A DNA stretch of 64,000 nt, taken from assembly GCF_964355755.1 (NCBI RefSeq), contig NC_092670.1, positions 1,788,201 to 1,852,200 of the forward strand, read 5' to 3'. Below, piece after piece: positions 24,350 through 36,676 of the stretch; the stretch's first letter is position 1, and each line of letters begins with the position of its first letter. The DNA comes from Antedon mediterranea (taxonomy: Eukaryota; Animalia; Echinodermata). A program made the translations under genes and the position numbers. The notes below the pieces were generated by a model that was not told the DNA's origin, did no database searches, and saw only the letters and a program-made list of their open reading frames with translations.

Positions 24350-27300
24350 CAGTATTTATATAGCGCCTAATGGATCAATGGACATGATGATGTCATATCA
24401 CTACCATATTTAATCATATCACTACCATATTTGGGCACATCACACTAGTTTGATAGTGTAGATAGAGCTTAAGGCTTAGTATTGGACATCCTTTTTGACA
24501 GATGGAAAGATTGATTGACTAAAGATCGAGGATGGTTTAGAAAATTATGCCAATTTGAGATATTTCAGCCTGTACCTTGTTTGTCTTTTTTCCAGTTCAG
24601 CTCCCGAACAATAGGTTTACACATTTCTTCATTGTTACAATTTCTATCAATGTTACGCAGACAAGTCTCTAAAACTTGAACACCAACATCTTTACGATAA
24701 AACAAAGAGTTCTGTTTTAGAATTTACTCAGGCTTTATTCCTGTTCATTTTTAATAAATTTGTAATTAGGATTGCTAAATTACTTTGTAAGAGAACACAT
24801 CAGGGGTGGCGCCAGGATCTTCCCGACGCGGGGGCTACATTCCCCGACGAGGGGGCTATGCGAGCATCACTAGGCTGGGGGCCAGGGGGCCGCCAAGGGC
24901 CCCCGGTGGGGGTCCAGGGGGGGCGAAGCGCCCTGGAAGCAACGCGTTCTAGCGTCATTTGAGGTAATTTTAATCAGATTTAGGGTAGCCATTTTTTCCA
25001 TTTTATATAATGCATAAATAAAACACTGCGTGCAAAAAAACGATGCGCGATGACTGTTTCAATCCATATTTTTCAATTTAAAAAATAAAAGTTCAAAGAA
25101 AATTTAGAAAAATAGAGTTGGAGGTCCCGGAAATTGGACTTATTATACTTCAAAACATGAAACAAAATATATAAGTCCCTATCAAGGTTGTGACTGAGCT
25201 AAGAAATGTTTGAAAAATAGAGATGTTAGGTCCCGGAAAATGCACTTCTTGTACTTCGAAATATGACCAGCTTTATTGTTGGTGCTGAGCTAAGAAACTG
25301 TTTAAAACTAGAGCTGCAGGTCTTCAAAAAATTGCATTTTATACTTCGGAAACATCAGGCCTAGAGGCTTAAAAAACGCAAGCGTAGACCATTTTCAGTC
25401 GGAGAAATAAGTTTATTCCTCCCAAGTGTATGCGTGCGTACCATCTGGACTTCCGAGTGGTGAGAAATTCATGACATACAGGACATTGAAAATGTAATAA
25501 CTTAGCTATAATAAGATGTTGGCTAAGCGAAAATGGCATGTTTTTTTGTTTAGTAATGGATGAAAATTTTATTTTAGGTGCCCCACGGTACAGAATGTTA
25601 CTTGTAAATTAAAAAAATTGGTGAACATACGAACAATTAACATAATTCGTTTTTGCTGTAGTGTAGCGTACGTCGACGCAGTACACGACGTAACCGTCAG
25701 TAAACTTCGCCTGGAAAATAACTGAACGATTCGTACAAAGGGATACCACCAGACAAGTGCGAACCTAGCTATTGTTTAGTAGTAAGTTAGATCGCTGGCA
25801 ATAATGAATGCATATAAAGTGCATAATATCACTCTGACGTACTCTCACGGTCAATGAAACGTCGCGGTTTTCTAGGCGCTGAAGCTAGCTACGAAGTGAA
25901 CGCGAACGCTTTTTACTGTATATTATATTCCCCGACAAAAAGTACCCGTGTTCCCTTCGGTAACCGTCGGTAAACTTCGCCTGGAAAATAACTACCTTAC
26001 ACATTTTGGTCCCTGGATGGAACTTGATATCACGCGTCTCGACCCAACGTTGAACGATTCGTACAAAGGGATACCGCCAGACAAGTGCGTACCTAGCTAA
26101 TGTTTAGTAGTAAGTTAGATCGCTGGCAATAAATGAATGCATAAAAGTGCATAATAGCCCTCTGACGTACTCTCACGGTCAATGGAACGTCGTGGTTTTC
26201 TAGGCGCTGAAGCTATATGAAGTGAACGCGAACGTTTTTTACTGTATATTATATTCCCCGACAAAAAGTACCCGTGTTCCCCGACGGGGGGGCTAGGCTC
26301 CCCGACGAGGGGGATAGAGCCTCCGTAGCCCCCCCGCTGGCGCCACCACTGGAACACATACATTTACATTAATCCAGAAAGCTCATTTTTATTCACAAAA
26401 CCAGTTCAAAGCTTGTAACAATTAACATTACCTGTACATATTACAACATTTGCAAATGCTGCCATGGTAATACTAGCTAAGCCTACACCACCACCAAGTT
26501 CAAGACATGAGCATCCCTTGAATAGTTGAACATTGTCAAGGATAAAATCACACAGGAGAAGAGACGCTTGCCAAACCTTCATCCATAAAAAAAACCAATA
26601 ATAAATGACCACCTAATAAATGGTGCTTATATAGCGCATTATGCAAAGCCTCAATATATTTAACAAAAGTAAAAGCGGAAAAGAGTAGTTTAATCAATCA
26701 ATATCAACCTACTATCATCAGCAGCAGAAGTCCTGTCAGTATGTCTGTGAGTCAATCACAGTACTGACTGTTTACAATGACCTTTTCTTGGCTTACCTGA
26801 AGTCCAACGTCTGTAAGTTTAGTTCCTAAAGAATGCTCTGTTAAACAAATAATAGTACTGTCAATACAGTATAAATAAGTTGGAAGTACTAAAATAAATT
26901 GCAATATTTTTATATATTTTATAAACATCATAATTTAACTATGAAATCGTTTTGAGTCGGAGCAGGGAGCTGCCTGGGCGACACTAGTTATTATCAATTA
27001 CCTATAATGATGCAGTCTTTGTTAACTGGTGATTTTCGTCTTCTTACTTCATAGTCACCATCTCCGTCCATGTGCACTGATGCATGACAAGCACCTCCTG
27101 AACAATCAGTTTCATCAGGAATAAGATACTCAAATCTTGTTACATATCCTACAAATAATACAGCATGCCTTTAGGAATTCAATACGGTAGTTTATTTTAC
27201 AGTATTTTTCTTGTACTGTTAGGCCGTATAATATTTGATAAAATACAGATATAACTATGTCGTATAACAAAGAAACATATGTAGATACAAACTTTTTTTT

Positions 27301-27820
27301 AAATATAATTAAATTACAGTACTGCGTTTAAGAGGAATTGATAAGAAGAAATAAAGTGGAATTTAAGTAATTTGCGAAGATAACTAAATGAATGACATTG
27401 TTGTTAAATAATTTTATTATTTTAGTTTTACTCCCTGTTAAAAGTATCATATTAGTTAAGTGTTTCTATGATTAAATTGGGGATCTGAGAACAATCTTTG
27501 CCCATACTGCACCCTGCGGCTGTTAGTATAGACTATACTACTAATCTATAGGGCCTGGGCCTGCAGGTATACCTAGTCCTGTACCCTATCTAGCCTTAAA
27601 CTTATCATGGGCTTTGCCTGGTGCTGGTGGTACACAGAGTAGAGTAGGTATTCTAGGGCCTACCTAGGCTTAGGCTATATATAGGGCCTAAAAAAATACT
27701 TTTAGGCCTAGGCTAGACTAAACTAGTGAGGTTTTTAAGATGTTTACGTTGGAATTCTGATTTATTATGCTTGTATTCAATGTGGACATCTGACAGAAAT
27801 ATTTTAGGTTCTTCTGCCAT
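22267..27820 (-). CDS. METTL22: Methyltransferase-like protein 22 (seven-beta-strand lysine methyltransferase), 9 coding exons
   Basis: MAEEPKIFLSDVHI; DGDGDYEVRRR; IIIEHSLGTKLTDVGLQ|VWQASLLLCDFIL; LELGGGVGL (motif I); VRELNW; IIAADVIYDNTLT; EKRLNFTL; ELWKVQIKNN*. Phases are compatible. Confidence 0.9.
22698..23348. repeat. A-rich minisatellite of about 20 bp (aaaaagttcaatctaag / ...cttag) in a METTL22 intron, interrupted by a poly(T)-headed insert at about 23070-23188
   Basis: Read directly; the unit copies the adjacent intron/exon boundary. Confidence 0.88.
24275..24469. mobile_element. Harbinger-like MITE with an internal (taa)n insert
   Basis: TIRs agctctgtccacactatcaaac / gtttgatagtgtagatagagct; TWA flanks. 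Confidence 0.85.
24801..26351. mobile_element. Non-autonomous hAT-like transposon, 1.55 kb, in a METTL22 intron
   Basis: TIRs caggggtggcgccag / ctggcgccaccactg; 8-bp TSD gaacacat; empty site in the paralogue near 52236; internal direct duplication at about 25690-26280. Confidence 0.93.
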
Positions 27821-27939
27821 CTCCCAATGCTCCTATTTTTACTTTCAGGTCTTCTAATTTTCTGTACACGTCCTCCTCTGCCACCAAAGATCTTTGACAC
27901 CACCAAAAAAAGGAAATACACCACACCAGGCACATGGCA

Positions 27940-28020
27940 CTAGAGCGCCACCAATTGCCGTGGTGGTTGGTGTGCAGTGGACCGTGAACATTTCCCGCGT
28001 GATCAATCAAGGTCAGTAAT
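27940..28020. promoter_or_regulatory. METTL22 promoter region (CCAAT box, E2F-like tttcccgc at 27991-27998)
   Basis: Motifs are conserved with the paralogous 53575-53680 region. Confidence 0.5.
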
Positions 28021-29876
28021 TTGACACCGATTTCATATTATGCATGTGAGGTGGTAAACTTTAGGTGGTTAGAATGAGTGAAGATACTCCTGCTTTTTCA
28101 GCATTGGTGTTTGGTATAGTACACTCTAATAAAAGGGCGAATTGGAAAACATTAAACCAATCTGTTAAACACTTAGAAATGATTATTTATCAGAAATTTT
28201 AAGATAAATAATTTAAACGACCTAATTAATTTGCGTGAGATTGCCAGCAACAGAAATAAGTGGCTTTTGTTATTTTGAATCTTTATTTTTACGTTATTTT
28301 ATATTTTTGTTTTGTTGTAGGATACATGCATATAAGAAGAATATATCAGATTTTGTAAATCCACAGTGCGTGGTTTTGTTACATTTTTTGGAATAAAGTT
28401 ACCTATATATATATGGGGTGTCTAGAAAATAAGATCTAGAAAACTATCACTACTCCACTAAGGCGCAGGATTGGTTAAAGCATAAAAAACATAAGCAGAA
28501 TATAGCCTTTGTATCTTTAGCTAATTTTGCACAATAAAGCATCATAATAAGTTCTTAAAGGCGCGGATTCAACACGGAAAAAAAATTGTAAATGAAAAAG
28601 TAAAAAAAAAGTTTTTAGATTTGAAACTGGGTAACTTCTTCTGTCAGTCTGTTTTATTGCCTCGTCGGGGAGCCTAGCCCCCACGTCGGGGAACGCGAGT
28701 ACTTTTCGTCGGGGAATATAGGCCTAATATAAAGTAAAAATCATTCGCGTTCACTCTACGTCGGAGGGCTATTACACTTTATTACGCATGCATTATTGCC
28801 AGCGATCTAATAAACAATAGGTATGCACTTGTCTGGCGGTGTCCGTTTGTACGAATCGTTTAACATTGGGCCGGGCCCATTGCGGTTTACGCGTGATATC
28901 ATATCATGTTCCACCCAGGGACCAGAATGTGTACTGTAGTTACTTTCCAGGCGAAGTTTACTGATAGTGTACTGTGTATCGACAGCAAAAGGGTACGAAT
29001 TATCTTCGCGATCTATTTTATTGTTCGTATGTTCAATTTTTTAATTTACGATTACCGTGGGGTACCTGAACCTGAAATAGACATTTTTCACTAGGTTCGA
29101 CCTACATTACTAAACAAAAAACATGCCTTTTCGTTTCCTGTATGTCATGAACTGCTCGTACATCGAAATTCCAGATTCACATCTGGGAATTGAAATAAAC
29201 TGATTTCCCCGACGGAAAATGGTCTACGCTTGTAGACGCATTCCCCTCCAAACAAAAGGTAAAAAGGGTAACTTGTTTAGGCCTCTATGTCTGAATGTTT
29301 TTAAAGTAGGCCTATAGGTCTAATTTTTGAAGACCTGCATCTCTGTTTTCAAAATTGTCTTAGCTCAATCGTCCCCAATTATAGAGCTGGTCATGTATAC
29401 TTACCGTACATTTTGTTTCATATTTCGATGTACAATGTAGTCAGTGCATTGAACCTAGAGCTCTATTTTTTCAATTTTTTTTATATCCATGGTAGGGCTG
29501 GTTCTGGAGACGTACCGGTATATATCTTGTTTTATGCTTCGAAGTATAATAAGTTAAATTTCCGGGACCTAGCAACTCTATTTTTCAGAATGTTCTTAGC
29601 TCCACCCCAACCATGGTGGGCTGGATCTATAATTTTGTTTCATATTTCAATGTTTTGCATGGGACCTAGCAGCTCTATTTTTGACAATTTTCTTAGCTCT
29701 GGTTCTGTAGACGTTTCATTTATCAATATGGGCCTATATAAGTGCAATTTCCAGGTACCTAGCAACTCTATTTTTCACAATTTTCTTAGCAGCTCAACCC
29801 AAATGGTAGGGCTGGTCTTGGAGCCTTATATATTTTGTTTCTTTTTTCCGAAATACCATAATCCAATATCCGGGGA

Positions 29877-32797
29877 GCGATTTTTTTTTCGTACATAAGT
29901 TGGGGACCCCCTCATGAAACGTCACAAAATAAACATGAATAATTCATCAGTTAAATTTTCTTGTTCCGTGTGCACCCAAGCGTATAGCAACCAGAAGTGA
30001 TTACAGTTTACACAAGTGCGGTACGATTCTAGGCCTATCTCCGCTGTGGTTGCCGTGTGCGATTTCATAATAGAAAAGCGGCGTTTTGTGTGGATTGTCG
30101 AAATAATCAGCCTTTAGTTTATGGTGTTTTTAATATAATTTATTACTAAAGAATTACGTGTTAAAATTATAGTTTCTATTGATACTATTAGGCCTAATTA
30201 CTAGTCTCTAAACCCATGTCTATTCTAGTATATGTGTATATGTATATGATATGTCTCTTAAGAGATTTGGCTTTGGTAAAAATATGATAAATTGGATAAA
30301 AATATTATATAAAGACATTGTTAGTTGCGTTATAAATAACGGGGTAACATCAAAATTCTTCAATTTAAAACGAGGCCTGCGTCAAGGATGTCCCTTATCC
30401 CCATATCTTTTTATAATTTGTGCAGAAACACTAGGTAACATGGTACGTCAATCAGACACATTTAAAGGTATAGAGTACAATAATGTAGACATAAGAATTA
30501 GCCAATTTGCAGATGACACTGTGTTTTTTCTCAAAGACCAAAACTCAATTAAACCGATTATAGATATACTGGATGAATTTTCTATATATTCTGGACTCGG
30601 AATTAATTATGAAAAAAGTAACATTATGAGAATAGGATCGTTAAGAAACTGCGACTATAAAACGCCATCTGAGAAAAGTATTTCATGGACCAAAGGCCCA
30701 GTAAAATACTTGGGTGTTAATATTTCTTGTAATTTTAATGATATTTTCAGACTCAATTTTCCAGATAAGGCTAAAAATGCTGAACAAGTATTAAATATGT
30801 GGAAACAACGCTCACTTACTTTGTTTGGAAAAGCAACTATTATTAAGTCACTGTTTCTCCCGATATTCACGTATGTTTTCTCAAATTTACCAGACCCACC
30901 CGATTGTTTCCTTCAAGATATTCAAAGTAAAATTTTTAAATTTATATGGAACGGAAAACCCGATAAAGTCAAAAGAAAAGTCATGCTTAACAATTTTGAC
31001 AAAGGAGGGTTAAAAATTCCCCATATTAAGAGTTACTGTACATCTCTCAAATCATGTTGGGTGAAAAGATATCTTGATGGAAATCAATCCAAGTGGAAAG
31101 TGTTTTTAAAAAGTAAGATTAAAAAGGTTGGAGGAAATATTGTTTTCGAAACCAACTTTTCTAAATCTTCAAAAATATTAAAACAATTTGAAAGGTTCCA
31201 TAAAGATATACTCTCTGCGTGGAGTGAATACAATTTTGTAGAACCGTATACGATAGAGGACATCTTAAATCAATCTTTATGGAACAACTCATGTTTTGAT
31301 AAAAGAGAATTTAAAGTTGAAAAAAATTGGTTGGTTAAAAATGTAAACTATGTAAAAGATATCGTGAACAAAGAAGGGAAAATATTAGAACTAGACGAAT
31401 TTAACCAAAAATATAATTTTAAACCAGACTTCTTATTATATCACCAGATTGTAAATTCAATTCCAAAGCTCTGGAAACAGAAATTAATTGAACAAGGTAT
31501 AAACACAACGAATGAAGTTGAATCCAAATTACAGACATTCATTTCTGTGAAAACGAGAAATTGTCATTATATCTATAAACACATTATATTAAAAAATGTT
31601 GAAGAGCCAATTGGAATTGAATCCAAATGGGAAAAGGAGTTTGACAACAAACTTAATTGGAAAAACCTTTTCTCAAATTTACACGCCTGTACAAATGACA
31701 CTAAGCTAAAAAATGTTCAATTTAAATTTATTCATCGTATAATTTATACAAATACAATGCTCTTTAAGATGTCAAAGGTCGATTCACCAATGTGTAGTTT
31801 TTGCAAGGAAAAGCAGGAAACACTGCTACATATGTTCTTTGAATGTGATCTGGTAAAACAATATATGTATCGAAATATCAACAATAACTTAATTATCACC
31901 AAAGAAAGTATATGTTTTGGTTTTGGAAAAACACACAGTGATGCAAACATTTTAATTTTAATTACAAAGTGGTACATATTTAGTTGCAAAATCAAAAAAC
32001 AATTACTTAATTATAATCATTTATTTCACATTTACCAAAAATACAAGGCAACCATATTATTAGCAAAATGATTATTATTAAGTGTATTTTTGCGATACAT
32101 TATTTTTTTTTTCTTTAATTTCATTACTCTCTTATTTTTGAGAGAGTATTATATCGTTTTAATAGTTACGTTGCCTTTATATATTAATTTTGTATTATGT
32201 ATGTGATGAAATGAAATAAAAAAAAAAAAAAAAAAAAAAAAAATGTCTATTCTAGTAGTAGCTGTGTTGGTGTGTGTGTGACGTGTGTGTTAGTTTAGTT
32301 ATGACACAGTCAGAGTAATAAGTCAGCAAAATTAAACAATAAACATTACACAAAAATACATTTTTTATTCTCGTGGGTCTAATCTTCCCATCAGTCATGT
32401 GTTCATATACGCGCATTTTTAAAGTTCCTTTGAGTACATGCATATTGTTTGATAATAAAATAGCAGAATTAAAAAATTACAGTACACAAATTATACACAT
32501 TCTTTATTCTGGTGGGTCTAAGCTTTCTTTGGGCTATGTCCAATGAATTACTACTTAGTTTAATGTCTTGCCTAGCTGTCGATTAGCCTCGACTCGAAGA
32601 AGAGTGCGCGAAGGCAATCACGTGAATTGAATCCTAGGCCTACTGTAGAAAGTATCGTATCGCAGTTGTGTAATCACTTCTTGTTGCTATACGCTTGGGT
32701 GCACACGGAACAACAAATTGAACTGATGAATTATTCATGTTTATTTTGTGACGTTTCATAAAGGGGTCCCCAACTTATGTACGAAAAAAAAAATCGC
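29877..32797. mobile_element. Non-autonomous Mutator-like element with TIRs of about 150 bp and 9-bp TSD
   Basis: gcgattttttttttcgtacataagttggggacccc is mirrored at the right end; atccgggga on both flanks (29868-29876, 32798-32806). Confidence 0.9.
30231..32242 (+). mobile_element. Young 5'-truncated L1/Tx1-clade LINE (C-terminal ORF2 open, 30251-32071)
   Basis: GLRQGCPLSPYLF, QFADD, KYLGV and the C-terminal zinc motif CSFC..ETLLHMFFEC; aataaa plus poly(A); 15-bp TSD atgtctattctagta (30216-30230, 32243-32257). Confidence 0.95.
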
Positions 32798-33871
32798 ATC
32801 CGGGGACCTAACGACTCTAGTTGTTTAAATGTCCTTAGCTCCATCTCAACCTCGGTGGGCTTGTTCTCTGATAGACTTTTAATTTCGTTTTATATATCAA
32901 TGTATAAATTGCAATTTCCGGGGACCTAGCAGCTCTATTTGTCAAAATTTTCTTACAGATCAGACCATGGATATCTCGCGCATTTACAATTTTCGCACCC
33001 CCAGACAGCAACCTGCCTACGTCTCTGCGACTATAACGATATATCTCTTGGGCCGTGGGTAGGTTTTACGTTCGCGTATATTTTCTATGATAGGCATATT
33101 GAACTTTAAAAACTTCATTTTTAAATTTGTCGGAAAGATCCTGGCGCCACCCCTGTCGGAAAGCGCAGCGTACTAAAATGTTCATTCAGAAGGCGAGCGC
33201 AGAAATGCATATTCATAATAATGCTCCCCTCTAAAATGGGACGAAATAGGACGCCCTCACTCGGATTTTCAGAGAAAGTCTTTGGGAAAAATACTTTCGC
33301 CACCCCTGCAAGAAGTTCGGAACTGTGAATAGGTGAGGTAAGGTGCTGTGCAACAGATGATCGAATCAGAGTGCGGTAAGGTGCTGTGCAACAGATGATC
33401 GAATCAGAGTGCGTTAGTAGTGATCTCGAACACCATAAAATGCATTTTTTTTCTGGTCTTCGCCCAGTGTATTTGCTCTCTACGATCGCGTGTGCCCCCC
33501 CCCCCCCACAAAAATAATCCTGGATCCGCCCCTGAATAATAATATATACCCTCTTTCCCCTTTTTTGCATTGCTTATGTTTTGCTTAAGCTTTAAAAGCA
33601 GCTATTTTGCGCTTTAGCACTGCTAATAATACTGTGTATGTTTTGCTTTGCTAATGCTAATTTCGCTTTTTTCATAGTAATTGCTATTGCTAATTTTAGC
33701 ATTGCTAAAGCTCTTTTTTTGCAATGCTAATGCTATTATTGGTTAAAGCATAAAAAGCATAAATAAGCAGAAAATAGCATCTTTAGCTAATTTTGCACAA
33801 TAAAGCATATAATAAGCTCTTATATAACCTTTTTTGCATTGCTTATGTTTTGCTTAAACTTTAAAGCAGAA

Positions 33872-34198
33872 GCTGCTTATTTTGCTGAATCATTGTAAGC
33901 TGCAATTTTTTTGCTGATTAATTGCTAATCTGCAACGATTCTTTTCCCTGTGAGATTACTGCTTAAGCTGCTTATTTTGCTGAATCATTGTAAGCTGCAA
34001 CGTTGTGCTGAATAGTTGCTAATTTGCAATGATTCCATTCCCTTTGAAATCACTGCTTAAGCTGCTTATTTTGCTGAATCATTGTAAGCTGCAACGTTGT
34101 GCTGAATAGTTGCTAATTTGCAATGATTCCATTCCCTTTGAAATCACTGCTTAAGCTGCTTATTTTGCTGAAGCACTGTAAGCTGCAATTTTTTTGCA
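33872..34198. repeat. Tandem repeat of about 92 bp, about 3.5 copies
   Basis: Recurrent gcttaagctgcttattttgctgaatcattgtaagctgcaa. Confidence 0.8.
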
Positions 34199-34305
34199 TT
34201 ATTAGAATTATTTATAGGGTTTTAGGTTTTTAATATTAATATGAAGAACGTTTATATATTTTAGAGATGACTGAAATATTTACAATTATTTAGAGTGTTA
34301 CGTTA

Positions 34306-36060
34306 AGTTGATAGTTGAGATTATTTAGAGGGTGGTTTGGTTCAGTTGATAGTTGAGATTATTTAGAGGGTTAGGTTTAGTTGATAGTTGAGAATATTTA
34401 GAGGGTTAGGTTTAGTTGATAGTTGAGATTATTTAGAGGGTTAGGTTTAGTTGATAGTTGAGATTATTTAGAGGGGTAGGTTCAGTTCATGGTTGAGATT
34501 ATTTAGAGGGTTAGGTTCAGTTTATAGTTGAGATTATTAGAGGGTTAGGTTTAGTTGATAGTTGAGATTATTTAGAGGGTTAGGTTTAGTTGATAGTTGA
34601 GATTATTAGAGGGTTAGGTTCAGTTTATAGTTGAGATTATTAGAGGGTTAGGTTTAGTTGATAGTTGAGATTATTTAGAGGGTTAGGTTCAGTTCGTAGT
34701 TGAGATTATTAGAGGGTTAGGTTTAGTTGATAGTTGAGATTATTTAGAGGGTTAGGTTTAGTTGATAGTTGAGATTATTAGAGGGTTAGGTTCAGTTTAT
34801 AGTTGAGATTATTAGAGGGTTAGGTTTAGTTGATAGTTGAGATTATTTAGAGTTTTAGGTTTAGTTGATAGTTGAGATTATTAGAGGGTTAGGTTCAGTT
34901 GATAGTTGAGATTATTAGAGGGTTAGGTTTAGTTGATAGTTGAGATTATTTAGAGGGTTAGGTTTAGTTGATAGTTGAGATTATTTAGAGGGTTAGGTTC
35001 AGTTCATGGTTGAGATTATTTAGAGGGTTAGGTTCAGTTCATGGTTGAGATTATTTTGAGGGTTAGGTTCAGTTGATAGTTGAGATTATTTAGAGGGTAG
35101 GTTCAGTTCGTAGTTGAGATTATTTAGAGGGTTAGGTTCAGTTCGTAGTTTGAGATTATTTAGAGGGTTATGTTCAGTTCATAGATGATTTAGAGGGTTA
35201 GGTTCAGTATAGTTGAGATTATTTAGAGGGTTAGGTTCAGTTCATAGTTGGGATTATTTAGAGGGTTAGGTTCAGTTCATAGTTGAGGTTATTTAGAGTT
35301 GGTTCAGTTGATAGTTGAGATTATTAGAGGGTTAGGTTCAGTTGATAGTTGAGATTATTTAGAGGTTTAGTAGATACCGTACTTGATATTATTTAGAGGG
35401 TTAGGTTTAGTTGATAGTTGAGATTATTTAGAGGGTTAGGTTTAGTTGATAGTTGAGATTATTTAGAGGGGAAGGTTCAGTTCATGGTTGAGATTATTTA
35501 GAGGGTTAGGTTCAGTTCATGGTTGAGATTATTTAGAGGGTTAGGTTCAATTTATAGTTGAGATTATTTAGAGGGTTAGGTTCAGTTCGTAGTTGAAATT
35601 ATTTAGAGGGTTAGGTTCAGTTCGTAGTTTGAGATTATTTAGAGGGTTAGGTTCAGTTCATAGATGAAATAATTATTTAGAGGGTTAGGTTCAGTATAGT
35701 TGAGATTATTTAGAGTTGGTTCAGTTGATAGTTGAGATTATTAGAGGGTTAGGTTCAGTTCGTAGTTGAAATTATTTAGAGGGTTAGGTTCAGTTCGTAG
35801 TTTGAGATTATTTAGAGGGTTAGGTTCAGTTCATAGTTGGGATTATTTAGAGGATTAGGTTCAGTTGATAGTTGAGGTTATTTAGAGTTGGTTCAGTTGA
35901 TAGTTGAGATTATTAGAGTGTTAGGTTCAGTTGATAGTTGAGATTATTAGAGGGTTAGGTTCAGTATAGTTGAGATTATTTAGAGGGTTAGGTTCAGTTC
36001 ATAGTTTAGATTATTCAGGGTTTGGTTCAGTTGATAGTTGAGATTATTAGAGAGGGTAGG
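34306..36060. repeat. Satellite of about 32-33 bp (gttgatagttgagattatttagagggttaggtt[t/c]a), about 50 copies
   Basis: Read directly; strongly C-poor top strand with a gggttagg core. Confidence 0.95.
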
Positions 36061-36676
36061 TATAGTAGACTGTACAAAAGTTAGTAAAAGGGGTGATTCA
36101 GTTGATATTATTTAGAGGATTGGGTTCAGGTTGATCTAAAAGTCAGATATCAGAGTTTTCTAGATCTAGAAAAGTCAGATATCTGAGTTTTCTTGATCTA
36201 AAAAACTCAAATATATCTAAGATCTGAGTTTTCTAGAAACCTAAAAAATAACATTCTTTTGTAAAGTGACCATCACCTGTCTCAGTTTTACCATATTTCA
36301 TCACCCTGTTTGTGAGAATGGCCCTACTACCACAGGACACCACCATGTAAGTGTACTGTAATGACAAGCCTCTGCTGTTTGTATTTACATGATAGTTAAA
36401 TAATGTTCGTTATACATGATTTTACAATCATGTTAATAATAATATTTATTAATAATTATTATTAGTTTACATATGGTACTTTCGAAAAGGCAATAATAAA
36501 TTCAAAAGAATACCGGAAACATGTTTTCAGACACAATATTTTCTTCCACACAATTCAATAAGAACATACAGCCTGGTATATTTATTTATTTGATACCCAC
36601 ATTTTTTCCACTAATTTGCATTTAGATATTATGTAAGTGTATATTTAAGAGAAGTAGCAAAACTTAATTTATTTAA

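Larger units (their letters stand above)
28661..33155 (-). mobile_element. Older inverted copy of the 24801-26351 hAT-like family, interrupted by a MULE-like element
   Basis: 28661-29400 aligns in reverse complement to about 26310-25270; right end gatcctggcgccacccctg. Confidence 0.75.
28558..33534. mobile_element. Degenerate hAT-like element (caggggcggatccagg terminus)
   Basis: Right end cctggatccgcccctg; decayed left end aaggcgcggattca; it splits a host repeat unit. No TSD recovered. Confidence 0.45.
28415..36241. mobile_element. Large satellite-bearing TIR element (unclassified), host of nested insertions
   Basis: Ends ggggtgtctagaaaataagatctagaaaact / agatctgagttttctagaaacc with subterminal tctagaaaa repeats. 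An internal unit at 28490-28557 recurs at 33740-33822. Confidence 0.55.

Noticed and set aside
30251-32071. Domesticated RT gene or retron-like system
   Set aside because: TSD, poly(A) and a missing RT N-terminus show an ordinary truncated LINE.
34306-36060. Interstitial telomere
   Set aside because: No (TTAGGG)n run; only a gggttagg core within a 33-bp unit.
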